Shown: piece after piece, positions 28,128-37,650 of the stretch
How the letters are laid out: the number at the start of each line of letters is the position of its first letter
How positions within the stretch are numbered: position 1 is the first letter of the stretch
The notes under the pieces: model-generated
Databases searched by the model: none
Told to the model about the DNA's origin: nothing
The model's input: only the letters and a program-made list of their open reading frames with translations
Made by a program: the position numbers and the translations under genes
NCBI GenBank assembly: GCA_963669175.1
Contig: OY769902.1
Location: 1,696,001-1,760,000 of the forward strand
Direction of reading: 5' to 3'
DNA from: a bacterium
GTDB lineage: Bacteria > Electryoneota > Electryoneia > Electryoneales > Electryoneaceae
DNA length: 64,000 bases

Positions 28128-30334
28128 AACGAACTCCTTTCTACACCCTTCAATTCAGTGCCATTCAAGAAAAGTGTCAGCTCGCCACTTTCTCCTGCCT
28201 TGCGTTCCAATAAGGCTGTTCTTCCCGGTAAGATGTTTATGGATATACTGCAACGAATCTCATCAACGATGACATCCTTGAGGTCAATACTCAGCTTGTC
28301 CTTCCCCTCGATATGGCTGACACAATACCGTCCACGAAAGGGATCACTTTCGATAAGCAACTTGTTCGTTCCAACCGCGAGAATACAGGTATACTCCCTG
28401 TCTTGCCAGAATTCAAGCGGGTCCGGGGGCGAGATCAGGATGCGGCTATGAATCGGAGAAGGGTGCAGCCCCAGAACCGCTTCATAAAAATAGCGAACAC
28501 GTTCACCAATAGTCGCCAGCGCTTCCGGGCTGCCGCCCGGTAATGGCTGCCGTAGTGTCGGGGTACGGCTGTCGTAATACTCAGCATAAGCAAGCGTTTT
28601 CAGGGATTCCCAGTCGTTCTGATGTATACGGTTGTTTTCCCTTATGCGTGTGTATCCGGCAGTCCAGTAGGGTGCGTTGAAACAAACATTCTTAAACAGG
28701 AGATCGCTGTTCCACCGCAAGCCGAGGTCGCATTTCCAGTCATCCGGAATGAGATTGACCAGGTAACGACTATTGACATCATCGCGGTCAATCAGCATTG
28801 ATGTTTCAACATAACCAAGGTTGTACGCGGGATTAGCCAACGCTTCCTGCCAGGCTTCTATATGCTTCTCTGTCCACAAGAAACGGTCACGTTTTAATGT
28901 GGCGCTTATCTGCGCCTGTCCTCTGAACCCGATATCCGTATGGTAGCCAGCGGTCTTTTTCAGAAGAGCTACCCATTCACTGTCATGGGATGACCACCGT
29001 TGTCCGCGTCGGGTGACTTCCTTCAGCATCTGGTACAGGGCGAAACGGTCCTCACTTCCTCGAGGTGGCAGGTTCAACAGATCCAGTTTTCGGGTCCAGT
29101 GCGAGGGATACTTTTTAAAACCTTCACCGTCTTCAGCCGTGGCAGCTTTGCCGATTGCATCGAATAAAACCGCCAGTGATTCCCTGTGCTGCCCAATCAC
29201 CCCGGTATGGCCTGACAGGTCAATCCAGTCCATCCAGCCAACCAGTTCAAACAGGCTTTCTTCCAAATTCAGCATGGAATCCGGTATGGCCAGCAGCGAA
29301 TCGAAACGCGATTCAATCTCCGTGTTCCCACCGCTTGCATACCACCAGGCCGGGATAGCGCGAATCAAGGTAGCGCCATCGGGTTCCAGACCAAGGGGCG
29401 GCAACGGCAACAGACCATGCAACGGACCGGAATCCAGGAAATGACTGGTCGTCAGCCAACGATCCCAGGAAACAGCCACAGCGAGAGTGGTGTCCTTTGA
29501 GAAGAAGGGAGCACGGTTCAATATGTTCAACGCATGGGTTTCCGTGCGCATACGAATTGCCGCTGCATCTTTACCGCACTGTTGCAGGGCTGACAAGGCT
29601 GCTTCCTTTGTCAAACCCGCGCCCAGAAATACAGTGACATTATCTGTATCCCTGAACCTGAAAACACCCGGTTCAAAGACTGTTGCCGCTTTATCCAGAG
29701 GTGAGTAAGCTTCTGCATAATCAATGCGGTGCCGTGAGGGAGCGGGTAACCATTCAGCGTCAGCACGCACTGCCACGAAGCCATACAAATCTGATCCTAC
29801 AAAAAGAACATTTTCTCGTTTATCATAGGATGCGTAACTGTCCAGATAACTCAATCCGGTCGGACGGATGTCAAAGGACAGAGATAATTCGATTACCTGG
29901 TCCAGCGGCGGGGCGATCAATTCAAGCAAGGCGACAGGATTTTCCGTATCCAACGTGATTCGCGTGCCTATCCCGTCCGCCTGGCTGGTTTGAATGAAGT
30001 CAGGACGTACGGCATCCGGTGCGGACACCATGGGTTTTGTCGGAGCTTTCTCCAGTTGCCAGCGCCATCCGGCCAGTAATCGCATGGGGCCGAAATACAG
30101 ACCATCAACCGGTAAGGTATCCGGCGCTGCATCCACCTGATCCCTGTATGGCAGGCAGGCCATCATCCCGCTGGGAGATATCAACAGGGCATGGCCCGGC
30201 TGACTGGTGCGGAGTTCACTCATCCTGTTCAACCAGGCCGCAGTATGTACCGGTGGTTCCGGCGTTTTTCCGCAGCCAATGAGACACAGCAGGAGTATAA
30301 TGCCCCACCCAGGCATCCCGTGTCGCATGCGCAT
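28124..30334 (-). CDS. Large hypothetical lipoprotein, possibly a degenerate glycoside-hydrolase-like fold
   Basis: 736 aa, lipobox 'LIGC', overlaps the ROK gene by 4 nt. 'YFYEAVLGLHP' resembles the C-terminal signature of (alpha/alpha)6 glycosidases, but no clear catalytic motif is visible. Confidence 0.6.
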   Translation of the reverse strand: MRMRHGMPGWGIILLLCLIGCGKTPEPPVHTAAWLNRMSELRTSQPGHALLISPSGMMACLPYRDQVDAAPDTLPVDGLYFGPMRLLAGWRWQLEKAPTKPMVSAPDAVRPDFIQTSQADGIGTRITLDTENPVALLELIAPPLDQVIELSLSFDIRPTGLSYLDSYASYDKRENVLFVGSDLYGFVAVRADAEWLPAPSRHRIDYAEAYSPLDKAATVFEPGVFRFRDTDNVTVFLGAGLTKEAALSALQQCGKDAAAIRMRTETHALNILNRAPFFSKDTTLAVAVSWDRWLTTSHFLDSGPLHGLLPLPPLGLEPDGATLIRAIPAWWYASGGNTEIESRFDSLLAIPDSMLNLEESLFELVGWMDWIDLSGHTGVIGQHRESLAVLFDAIGKAATAEDGEGFKKYPSHWTRKLDLLNLPPRGSEDRFALYQMLKEVTRRGQRWSSHDSEWVALLKKTAGYHTDIGFRGQAQISATLKRDRFLWTEKHIEAWQEALANPAYNLGYVETSMLIDRDDVNSRYLVNLIPDDWKCDLGLRWNSDLLFKNVCFNAPYWTAGYTRIRENNRIHQNDWESLKTLAYAEYYDSRTPTLRQPLPGGSPEALATIGERVRYFYEAVLGLHPSPIHSRILISPPDPLEFWQDREYTCILAVGTNKLLIESDPFRGRYCVSHIEGKDKLSIDLKDVIVDEIRCSISINILPGRTALLERKAGESGELTLFLNGTELKGVERSSL

Positions 30335-30386
30335 GCTTCTACCTCTTTGTTCGCAGTTGTTGATGCGCTACCCTTCCAGTCCCCTG

Positions 30387-30926
30387 CTACGCGCGGTTCT
30401 TAAACGGCAGGAAGCTCATGAAATCCGTGTGGTGTACGATGTACGCTTCCGTGGTGCGTTTCACCATGTCACCTTCACCCGCGTGGGCGGCGATGATATG
30501 GCAGACCTCTTCCGGACAGCCGGCTTCCATGGCCAGCGCAACACCTGAGAAGGGGTGACGAACATGCTTGCCGAACGAACTCTGGACCGCTTTACCGTCT
30601 ACGGTTTCGTATTCAAGCAACTTGCCGACATCGGCCAGGATAGCGCCGCTGACAACGATGTCCAGGTCAATCGGGAGTTCATTACCAAAGAAACTCTGCA
30701 TGATCTTGGCGCTCTCGTAGGAAAGGTGAACCACCGCACGTTTATGCGCCATGAAGCTGACCTTCAGATCCTTGACCAGTAGCGTGAATGGAATTTCTTC
30801 CAGGTCTGCCGCGGTCAAGGGGCTGCGTTCCAGGGCCAGCGCCCAGGTCTTCGCGGTTTTTTCACGCAAGTCGATGTTCTTGATCCAGTTCAGTTCGGGC
30901 CAGAGTTTCTTCGCTTCTTCCAACAT
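30387..30926 (-). CDS. HD-superfamily (HDIG-type) phosphohydrolase-like protein
   Basis: 'AH', 'GAILADVGKLLEY', 'RHPFSG', 'HIIAAHAGEG', 'HHTDF'. Start 30926. Confidence 0.8.
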   Translation of the reverse strand: MLEEAKKLWPELNWIKNIDLREKTAKTWALALERSPLTAADLEEIPFTLLVKDLKVSFMAHKRAVVHLSYESAKIMQSFFGNELPIDLDIVVSGAILADVGKLLEYETVDGKAVQSSFGKHVRHPFSGVALAMEAGCPEEVCHIIAAHAGEGDMVKRTTEAYIVHHTDFMSFLPFKNRA

Positions 30927-31092
30927 GGTTTGTTTCTCCCACTCGTATGTTGTTTTGTGTTGCGTTCTTGTCAATCATTCTATTCACAATGCCAATTGGC
31001 AAGTATTGTTTTATTCTTCTGGTAGTTGTTCCAGAAAGTCATTGCCGTTTAAGTTTAAGGTTGGTGATAGCTTCTTTCTGGCACGATACGGT

Positions 31093-31177
31093 TATCTCGT
31101 ATAGGGTCCGATTCTTTTTGATTGCCTTCTTTCAGCTATCGCGTATGGAGTCCGATTCCTTCTGATTGCCTTCTCTG
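31093..31177 (+). repeat. Two-copy direct repeat, 44-bp period
   Basis: TATCTCGTATAGGGTCCGATTCTTTTTGATTGCCTTCT versus TATCGCGTATGGAGTCCGATTCCTTCTGATTGCCTTCT. Confidence 0.6.
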
Positions 31178-31197
31178 GAAATATGTAATTAGTTGTT

Positions 31198-31411
31198 TTA
31201 GCAGGCTTTAGCCTGCTCTTCTTAGCCCCCGGCTTTAGCCGGGGGAGCAGGGATAATAACGATATCGAGCGCCCTTCAGGGTGCTTTTCTGATTCGTATT
31301 GATTCTATCATGAGAAAGCACGCTAAAGCGCGCTCATAGCTTTTGTAATACCCATCCACCCGGCTAAAGCCGGGTGCTAAGAGGAGCCTGCTGAAGCAGG
31401 CTAATTGCTTT
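31198..31411. repeat. REPIN-like multi-hairpin element (uninterrupted allele)
   Basis: Hairpins GCAGGC-TTTA-GCCTGC, CCCCCGGC-TTTA-GCCGGGGG, CACCCGGC-TAAA-GCCGGGTG, AGCCTGC-TGAA-GCAGGCT. An inverted, interrupted copy lies at 54531-55148. Confidence 0.85.
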
Positions 31412-31553
31412 CGAATCAGCAAATGTTTTGGGAACTACCAAGGCACAAAACCTGTAGTTCCACCCCTTCGGGGTGGAGAGATTGTTGCCCTATGTTTTCC
31501 CGGGGCTTACGACCCGCGCTATTCATGTTTCGCCCCTTCGGGGCTCTGCAATC

Positions 31554-31822
31554 TGCCTATTCTCGAGCGAATGTGACAGCGTTTTCTAGAGATTATTTCG
31601 TTTGCCTGTTCTAGAGCGTAAATGACAGCACCCCTTCGGGCTCTGCAATCTGCCTATTTTCGAGCGAATGTGACAACGCCTCCTCAGGATGCGTTTGTTT
31701 CCTTTGCTCGAATATAAATAGCATTATTTCCTCACGACTATTTCGTTTGGCTATTTTCGAGCGTAAATGACAGCGTTCCCTCGAGACTATATTGTTGCCT
31801 GTTCTTGATCAAAATGACAGCG
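31554..31822 (+). repeat. Degenerate tandem repeat, about 48-bp period, six copies
   Basis: Core TGCCTATTYTCGAGCG(A/T)A(A/T)(G/A)TGACAGCG starting at 31554, 31603, 31651, about 31699, 31748 and 31796. Confidence 0.7.
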
Positions 31823-31873
31823 TCTATGTTGCTGCCTGATTTCAATTCTTTATTCTTAATTTTTAATTCTTAA

Positions 31874-33313
31874 TTAGATAAGCTCTCCCGGTTGGTTCAG
31901 CACCAGCAGTCTGGGTTCAGTCATTTCTTCCATCGCGTAACGGATGCCTTCCCGTCCGAATCCGCTGTCTTTCACCCCACCGTAGGGCATGGAATCCACA
32001 CGGAAGGACGGCACATCGCCAATCACGACTCCGCCGCATTCGATCTCGTTCCAGGCGTAAAACGCATGATGCAGATTCTCGGTGAAGACCCCAGCCTGCA
32101 AGCCATACTGGCTGTCATTGACCCGGGCTACAGCGTCTTTGAAGTCGTCAAACGGTTCCACACAGGCTACCGGGCCGAACACCTCCTTTGAGCTGATGCG
32201 GTCATGTGGGTTCACATTGGTGAGGATCGTGGCAGCGTACATCGCCCCCTCTCGCTTGCCCCCGCAGAGTAATTTTGCGCCGTGGTCAACCGCTTCATGC
32301 ACCCATTCGTCTACACGTCTGGCGTCCCATTCCGTGATCATGGGGCCGAGGAAGGTGTCCTCGTTCAACGGATCGCCCATCTGGAGCACACTTGCCTTTG
32401 CAACGAGTTTTTCCAGCAAATCGTCATACAGGCTGGAATGGACGAAGATGCGCTGCACACTGATGCAGGATTGCCCGGACTGGTAAAATGCCCCGAAGAC
32501 GATACGGTTCGCGGCATATTCGGGATCGGTTCCAGCATCTACTATACATCCGGCATTGCCACCCAGCTCGAGACATACCCGCTTTTTCCCGGCACGGGTT
32601 TTCAGATCCCAACCCACATCCTGTGAACCGGTAAAGGAGAGCAATTTGAAGCGCTCGTCGGTGATGAAAAGCTCGGCGTCGTCACGTGGGCATGGCAGAA
32701 TGCTGAATGCTCCTTCGGGAAGGTCGGTTTCCGCCAGTGTTTCCCCGATGATCAGGGCGCCAATCGGTGTTTTCGATGCCGGTTTCAACACAAAAGGACA
32801 GCCAGAGGCAATCGCCGGGGCCACCTTGTGAGCTGCGAGGTTCAGGGGAAAATTGAACGGGCTGATCAACGAGACCGGACCAATGGGGACACGCTTCGTG
32901 AGGGAGGTGTAGCCGTGAGCGCGTTTCGAAATATCCAACGGCATATATTCCCCGCCCATGCGAAGCGCCTCTTCTGCGGCTACTTTGAAGGTGTCGATCA
33001 GGCGTGTGGTTTCACCCCGTGCGTCACGGATCGGCTTTCCGGCTTCGATACAGAGGGCACGTGACAGCTCTTCATGACGTTCCTTGAATTTCTCCACACA
33101 ATAGGAAAGCACCTCGCTGCGCTGATAGGCCGGGAGTTTACGCATGGCTTCCGTGGCTTTTACCGCAGCATCGGCGGCCTGGTTTATCACGGTAGCATCC
33201 GCCTTGGCAACACGGGTGGCAACTTCGCCTGTATATTTGTTGGTCACTTCAAGGTCTGTGTTGGCAAAAACGGGTTTGTTCGCGAGATAGTACGGATACG
33301 TCTCTTTCAACAT
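31874..33313 (-). CDS. NAD(P)-dependent aldehyde dehydrogenase
   Basis: 'PFNFPLN', 'FTGS', 'LELGGN', 'GQSCIS', 'EVFGPV', 'PYGGVKDSGFGREG'. Confidence 0.96.
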   Translation of the reverse strand: MLKETYPYYLANKPVFANTDLEVTNKYTGEVATRVAKADATVINQAADAAVKATEAMRKLPAYQRSEVLSYCVEKFKERHEELSRALCIEAGKPIRDARGETTRLIDTFKVAAEEALRMGGEYMPLDISKRAHGYTSLTKRVPIGPVSLISPFNFPLNLAAHKVAPAIASGCPFVLKPASKTPIGALIIGETLAETDLPEGAFSILPCPRDDAELFITDERFKLLSFTGSQDVGWDLKTRAGKKRVCLELGGNAGCIVDAGTDPEYAANRIVFGAFYQSGQSCISVQRIFVHSSLYDDLLEKLVAKASVLQMGDPLNEDTFLGPMITEWDARRVDEWVHEAVDHGAKLLCGGKREGAMYAATILTNVNPHDRISSKEVFGPVACVEPFDDFKDAVARVNDSQYGLQAGVFTENLHHAFYAWNEIECGGVVIGDVPSFRVDSMPYGGVKDSGFGREGIRYAMEEMTEPRLLVLNQPGELI

Positions 33314-33462
33314 GGAAGCCTCCGGGTTTGATCAGCAGGTAATCAGATGGAATATACGATTTCCAAACCAGCAACTGGAAGGGAAAATCCTTTTCCGGCT
33401 TGCATTGCGAAAAGGCTGGTATCAGGGATACTTTGCCTGTAACAAACCGGGTGATAGCGTTC

Positions 33463-34182
33463 ATGCTGAAACAACTTCCCAGATTGGCGGTTACTTACGT
33501 CCGTGGCCGGTGGCTTCAACGGAAAGCGCAGGCGATTACCCTGGCTGACCAGCGACGCTTCATCGAGGAAATCGCTCCCATGTATGCCGAGGATCGCTGG
33601 CGTTCACGCAAGCGTATTGCGGAAGAGCTGAAGGTCTTGAAACCCTGGCTGAACAAGGGCCCGGTTCTGGAGTTCGGTTCCGGCGCCGGGGCTGTGGTAT
33701 CGATTCTGAAACGATGGGGCGTAGATGTGTATGGTGTTGAGTACTCGCGCCAGATGATCGCCCAGACCTGTCTGCGAGATGATACCATGCCACTGGTACA
33801 AGCAGATGGATTGAACCTGCCGTTCGCTGATTGCAGTTTCCCGGTCGTTTTTCTATGGGGAAATACTCTTGGCCCGGTGCCACGTGAGATCAATCGCCAC
33901 TTAATGCTGAAAGAAGCCAGGCGAGTGCTGAAACAGGATGGGATATTGGCGATTTCGGTACGAAACCGGTTCAGCTCAATCGGACGCGCTGTGCAACCGC
34001 TTGAGTATCCCTTCAAGTATCATGCACGCAAAGGCGAATGGACCTCATCACAACAGGGCTATAATCGCTCCTATGGCTACCTGGACCTTGAAGAAGTGTT
34101 GGAGCGTGCGGGATTCGAGATTCACACCCGCCTGACAAAACGGAAAGACGCTACATTAGCCGTTATCGCATGTCTGAAATGA
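33463..34182 (+). CDS. Class I SAM-dependent methyltransferase
   Basis: 'VLEFGSGAG', 'ADGLNLPFADCSF', 'RRVLKQDG'. Start uncertain. Confidence 0.85.
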   Translation: MLKQLPRLAVTYVRGRWLQRKAQAITLADQRRFIEEIAPMYAEDRWRSRKRIAEELKVLKPWLNKGPVLEFGSGAGAVVSILKRWGVDVYGVEYSRQMIAQTCLRDDTMPLVQADGLNLPFADCSFPVVFLWGNTLGPVPREINRHLMLKEARRVLKQDGILAISVRNRFSSIGRAVQPLEYPFKYHARKGEWTSSQQGYNRSYGYLDLEEVLERAGFEIHTRLTKRKDATLAVIACLK

Positions 34183-34254
34183 CAGTAGCCCGGCCATGCT
34201 TGGCCGGAAAAATGCTGTTCAAAATGTCATACCCATAATATGTCAGCCCTATAA

Positions 34255-34338
34255 ATGTCATCCCCGAAGCAGCATCTGTTCGCTGCTATCGGGGATCTCG
34301 AGGATAGTCAATCAGAATCCCGACAGCAAGCAGTCGGG
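34255..34338 (+). repeat. GTCAT-type REP element, copy 1
   Basis: GTCATCCCCGAAGCAGC-ATCTGTTC-GCTGCTATCGGGGATCTCGAGGA plus a downstream CCCGAC..GCAAGCAGTCGGG hairpin. Confidence 0.8.
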
Positions 34339-34525
34339 CCAAACCACCATGGAATTCAGGTTGCATGGCCCGATGTGCATGAGGTGAAGCACAAATTTCT
34401 GACGACGGTATCGATGTATGGTGCAGCATGAGCGCGAATGATATTGGACGCACATCGGGATATCACAACTACTTTGATCAGCATCCCGACAGGATGTTGT
34501 CAGGCCAAACCACCAAGAGGGTACC

Positions 34526-35545
34526 ATGTCGAGCCGGTTCTTCTACTTGACCTTCATTCTGCTGCTTGTCTCCTTCATTCCTGCCGGTTTCTGCCAGGAG
34601 ACCGATACGGAACTGGACACCCTTGCCCTCATGCCACGCTACCGTGAAGCGTTGGATTTTGAAGCGGTACAGGAATTGTTCAGACGTGAAGTGATGCCGG
34701 GCCTGATCACCGAAACGGAAATGCGTGATTTCTACGAGCATGACCGTTGGCAGGTGGAAGCGGCGCATATCCTGATTACTGTTGACATGCCGGAAGCGGA
34801 AGCTTCGGCGATAGCGTTGATGAATAAACTGTATGAGAAGATTACGTCAGGCGAAGAGAGTTTTACCGACGTAGCGCATGGTCACAATGAGGATGAATCC
34901 ACACCGGACGGCTACATCGGCTGGATTTCCTGGGGAAGCATGGTGCCCCTTTTCGAGCAGGTTGTCTGGGACATGGAGCCGGGTGAAGTCAGCCTGCCAT
35001 TTCGCACAACGTATGGCTGGCATATCGCCAAAACGATTAACAAGCGTGAACGTCCCAATTACGGCAGCTTTGAGGAGGAACGTCATCGTGTCGAGACCAG
35101 GCTGGCACGTTTGCACCAGGGCGAACTGGATCAGGCCAGTGAATATTATATCGAACGCTTGAAAGATGAGCGCGGGTATTCAGTACATCGAGACAATATT
35201 GAAGCGATCCATACAGCGGCGGCGCTGGCGGATGCACGTCGTACCCTGCCCGAGCAGTTGAGCGAAGATATGAATAGCCTGCCGCTGGTGTCCTGCGATG
35301 ATGGTGCGCTGTCAGTTACGATCGTTGAAATGTATGAGCTTGCGCCGGATGCGGACCTGCTTGAAGCGGCGCTGGATGATCCCAATATGCTTCAGGACGC
35401 TGCGGAGACAGTACTCCGTGATTACCTGCTACTCCCGGATGAGGCAAGGAAGCAGGGATGTTATGACGATCCAGAAGTCATCCGTAGAGCCCGTATCGCT
35501 GCCGGTCTGCCGGTGGATTCACAAGATGGACAGGATAGCAACTGA
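34526..35545 (+). CDS. Exported parvulin-type peptidyl-prolyl isomerase (PrsA/SurA-like)
   Basis: Signal peptide; 'HILI', 'GYIGW', 'MVPLFEQ', 'GEVSLPFRTTYGWHI'. Confidence 0.88.
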   Translation: MSSRFFYLTFILLLVSFIPAGFCQETDTELDTLALMPRYREALDFEAVQELFRREVMPGLITETEMRDFYEHDRWQVEAAHILITVDMPEAEASAIALMNKLYEKITSGEESFTDVAHGHNEDESTPDGYIGWISWGSMVPLFEQVVWDMEPGEVSLPFRTTYGWHIAKTINKRERPNYGSFEEERHRVETRLARLHQGELDQASEYYIERLKDERGYSVHRDNIEAIHTAAALADARRTLPEQLSEDMNSLPLVSCDDGALSVTIVEMYELAPDADLLEAALDDPNMLQDAAETVLRDYLLLPDEARKQGCYDDPEVIRRARIAAGLPVDSQDGQDSN

Positions 35546-35638
35546 TAAACAGGATGAAAAAAAGATAAAAGGATGGAATGAAGGCATTTTTCTCTGCATC
35601 ACCACATTCAATGACAAATACCCACGGAACACATACAC

Positions 35639-35722
35639 ATGTCATCCCCGAAGCAGCGTCTGTTTGCTGCTATCGGGGATCTCGAGGAAGAGGCAAAAAA
35701 AAACCGACTGGCAAGCAGTCGG
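35639..35722 (+). repeat. GTCAT-type REP element, copy 2
   Basis: GTCATCCCCGAAGCAGC-GTCTGTTT-GCTGCTATCGGGGATCTCGAGGA plus a CCGACTG-GCAAG-CAGTCGG hairpin. Confidence 0.8.
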
Positions 35723-35767
35723 ATAAAAACAGTTCAGTATGAAAATCTGTGCTGAAACGAACACAAT

Positions 35768-36526
35768 CTATTGTTCAGTCGTTCTGTTTTCTTCTCCGCC
35801 TTCATCCAGCGATTCCAGCGGTTGTTCCGGTTTTCTGGTTCTTGTCGGGTCCGGCGCCGGAATAATCTGCGCTGCTTTTGGTTGCACATGCTGGTCCGGG
35901 CCGAGGGTTGCGCTCAAATCCCGATACAGGTCATTCAGCCACTTTCCCGCGACAAGGTTCGATGCTTCAACAAAACTGGTCACACGTGCGTTTTTGCGAA
36001 GCTCGTCATACCGGTATTGTTCCTGGAAGACTTTGTATTTCCGGTAAGGTTCCGGCTCGACACGAAATATAGTGATGCGCACTTCGAATACGGCGGAAGG
36101 GTTCCGTTTAACATCATTGGAAAAAAGCTGCAACAGCTTGCCATGCAGCTCATATTCCGGGACAACACCGACCGCCTCCTGGAACACCCCCTCTTCGAAC
36201 AGGTTGGTTTCCACGAGAAAATCACTCATGATATCCGCGATGAGCTTTTGTGGCGCTGCCGACCAGCGATGGTAATAGAATCGATTCATTTCGTTTTCTT
36301 CAACACGATAGTTGATACGGTCACTTTTCTGATCGGCGGCAGCGGTGAACGGCATGATATAAATTGACGCGGGAAGACTGACCCCGTTGGGGATGGAATC
36401 CAGTACTGGATCAATGGAATATCGTGTGATGACAATCTTTTCACTGGGTAAACTGACACACCCGGCGATCAACAGGATCGCGATGAGCCCCAGCGGTATG
36501 CCAAGTTTCAGCAGGCGCTTCATCAT
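35768..36526 (-). CDS. ABC-transport auxiliary lipoprotein (PqiC-like)
   Basis: Lipobox 'IAGC', 'RINYR', 'YHRWSAAP'; last gene of the mla-like operon. Confidence 0.82.
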   Translation of the reverse strand: MMKRLLKLGIPLGLIAILLIAGCVSLPSEKIVITRYSIDPVLDSIPNGVSLPASIYIMPFTAAADQKSDRINYRVEENEMNRFYYHRWSAAPQKLIADIMSDFLVETNLFEEGVFQEAVGVVPEYELHGKLLQLFSNDVKRNPSAVFEVRITIFRVEPEPYRKYKVFQEQYRYDELRKNARVTSFVEASNLVAGKWLNDLYRDLSATLGPDQHVQPKAAQIIPAPDPTRTRKPEQPLESLDEGGEENRTTEQ

Positions 36527-37503
36527 TTCTCCTTCGGCGGTGGTTCAGTGTTTATGATGTGAGAAGGATAGGCTTCCAGGGACATCATCAGTGAATTAAG
36601 CTGTTCCAGGGTCGCGTTCATCTCGTTTACCGTCTGAGCCAGTTGCAGGATGATCCGCGAGGAAGAATACTGAGACTGGTTCACGAGTTGAGCGCTGTTA
36701 GATAACAGTAAATCCATCTGGGTAAACAGACTGTCTGCCTTATCACTGACTCGAAGCTGAGCGATATCGTTTTCCAGAATCTGCAGGGTAAGGTTGAAAT
36801 GATGTACACCCTCACGCAATTCTGCGAGCGTTGTATCAATCTCCTGGGCATAATCGGCAGCATCGAGAGTGAGTAGCAGTTCCTCCATCAAAACGAGGTT
36901 GTCATTCAGCTTGATCGACCATTGGGTCAGTTCCGGGCGAGTCATAATGCTGTCGATATTATCCAGCACACGTGTCCCTGTATCCAGGAAGTCCTTGGTT
37001 TTATGACTGATGCCCTCTGTGTCAATAACCATAATTTTCGCGTACACATCTCGAAGCGCCGTCTCAATTGCCTCAAAACTACCGGGCTGCGAGTGAATCA
37101 CCCGGAAAGGTGTTTCAAACGAGAACGACGGATGGTCATCCAGCAGTTCTTCTGCCGGGTAGTTCATCTCGATATACTTCATGCCGGTAATGCCGGCCAG
37201 GGCGAGGCTGGTGCGAAGGCTGTCGGTTACAATAAACTCCGGGTCCAGTTCCAGTTCCACTTCAACCAACTGGCCGTCAGGGGCTACGCGAATATTGGCC
37301 ACACGCCCCACATCAACACCACGGAACTTTACCGCAGCGTCCAGGATCAGGCCTTGAACAGAGGTGTCGTAATAGGTTACGTAATGCGCTGTCTTCCTGA
37401 ACCAATTCGAGATTCCGAAATAAATCAGCGCTACAATCGCGAGAGCCGTTCCGACTACCACGAAAGACCCAACCCAAAACGCTTTGCTTTGAGGTGACGG
37501 CAT
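36523..37503 (-). CDS. mlaD: MlaD/MCE-domain protein
   Basis: N-terminal TM helix, 'SVQGL..DAAVKFRGVDVGRV', 'GITGMKYIE', helical tail. Start 37503 after GGAGG. Confidence 0.9.
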   Translation of the reverse strand: MPSPQSKAFWVGSFVVVGTALAIVALIYFGISNWFRKTAHYVTYYDTSVQGLILDAAVKFRGVDVGRVANIRVAPDGQLVEVELELDPEFIVTDSLRTSLALAGITGMKYIEMNYPAEELLDDHPSFSFETPFRVIHSQPGSFEAIETALRDVYAKIMVIDTEGISHKTKDFLDTGTRVLDNIDSIMTRPELTQWSIKLNDNLVLMEELLLTLDAADYAQEIDTTLAELREGVHHFNLTLQILENDIAQLRVSDKADSLFTQMDLLLSNSAQLVNQSQYSSSRIILQLAQTVNEMNATLEQLNSLMMSLEAYPSHIINTEPPPKEK

Positions 37504-37650
37504 CCCGCCTCCCTGGTCATGGCAGCACACACTCCCCTGTTTGTGCTGCCTCTGAATCAATCTAATGAATAGACCGATTTCAAATTGCAAATATTAATAT
37601 ACAATCAAACTGACGCCAGTATAAGTGAGCAGGACCGGAATTTTCCGATG

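Noticed and set aside
31554-31822. CRISPR array
   Set aside because: The repeats are degenerate, the intervening parts resemble each other and are only about 20 nt, and there are no cas genes in the window.
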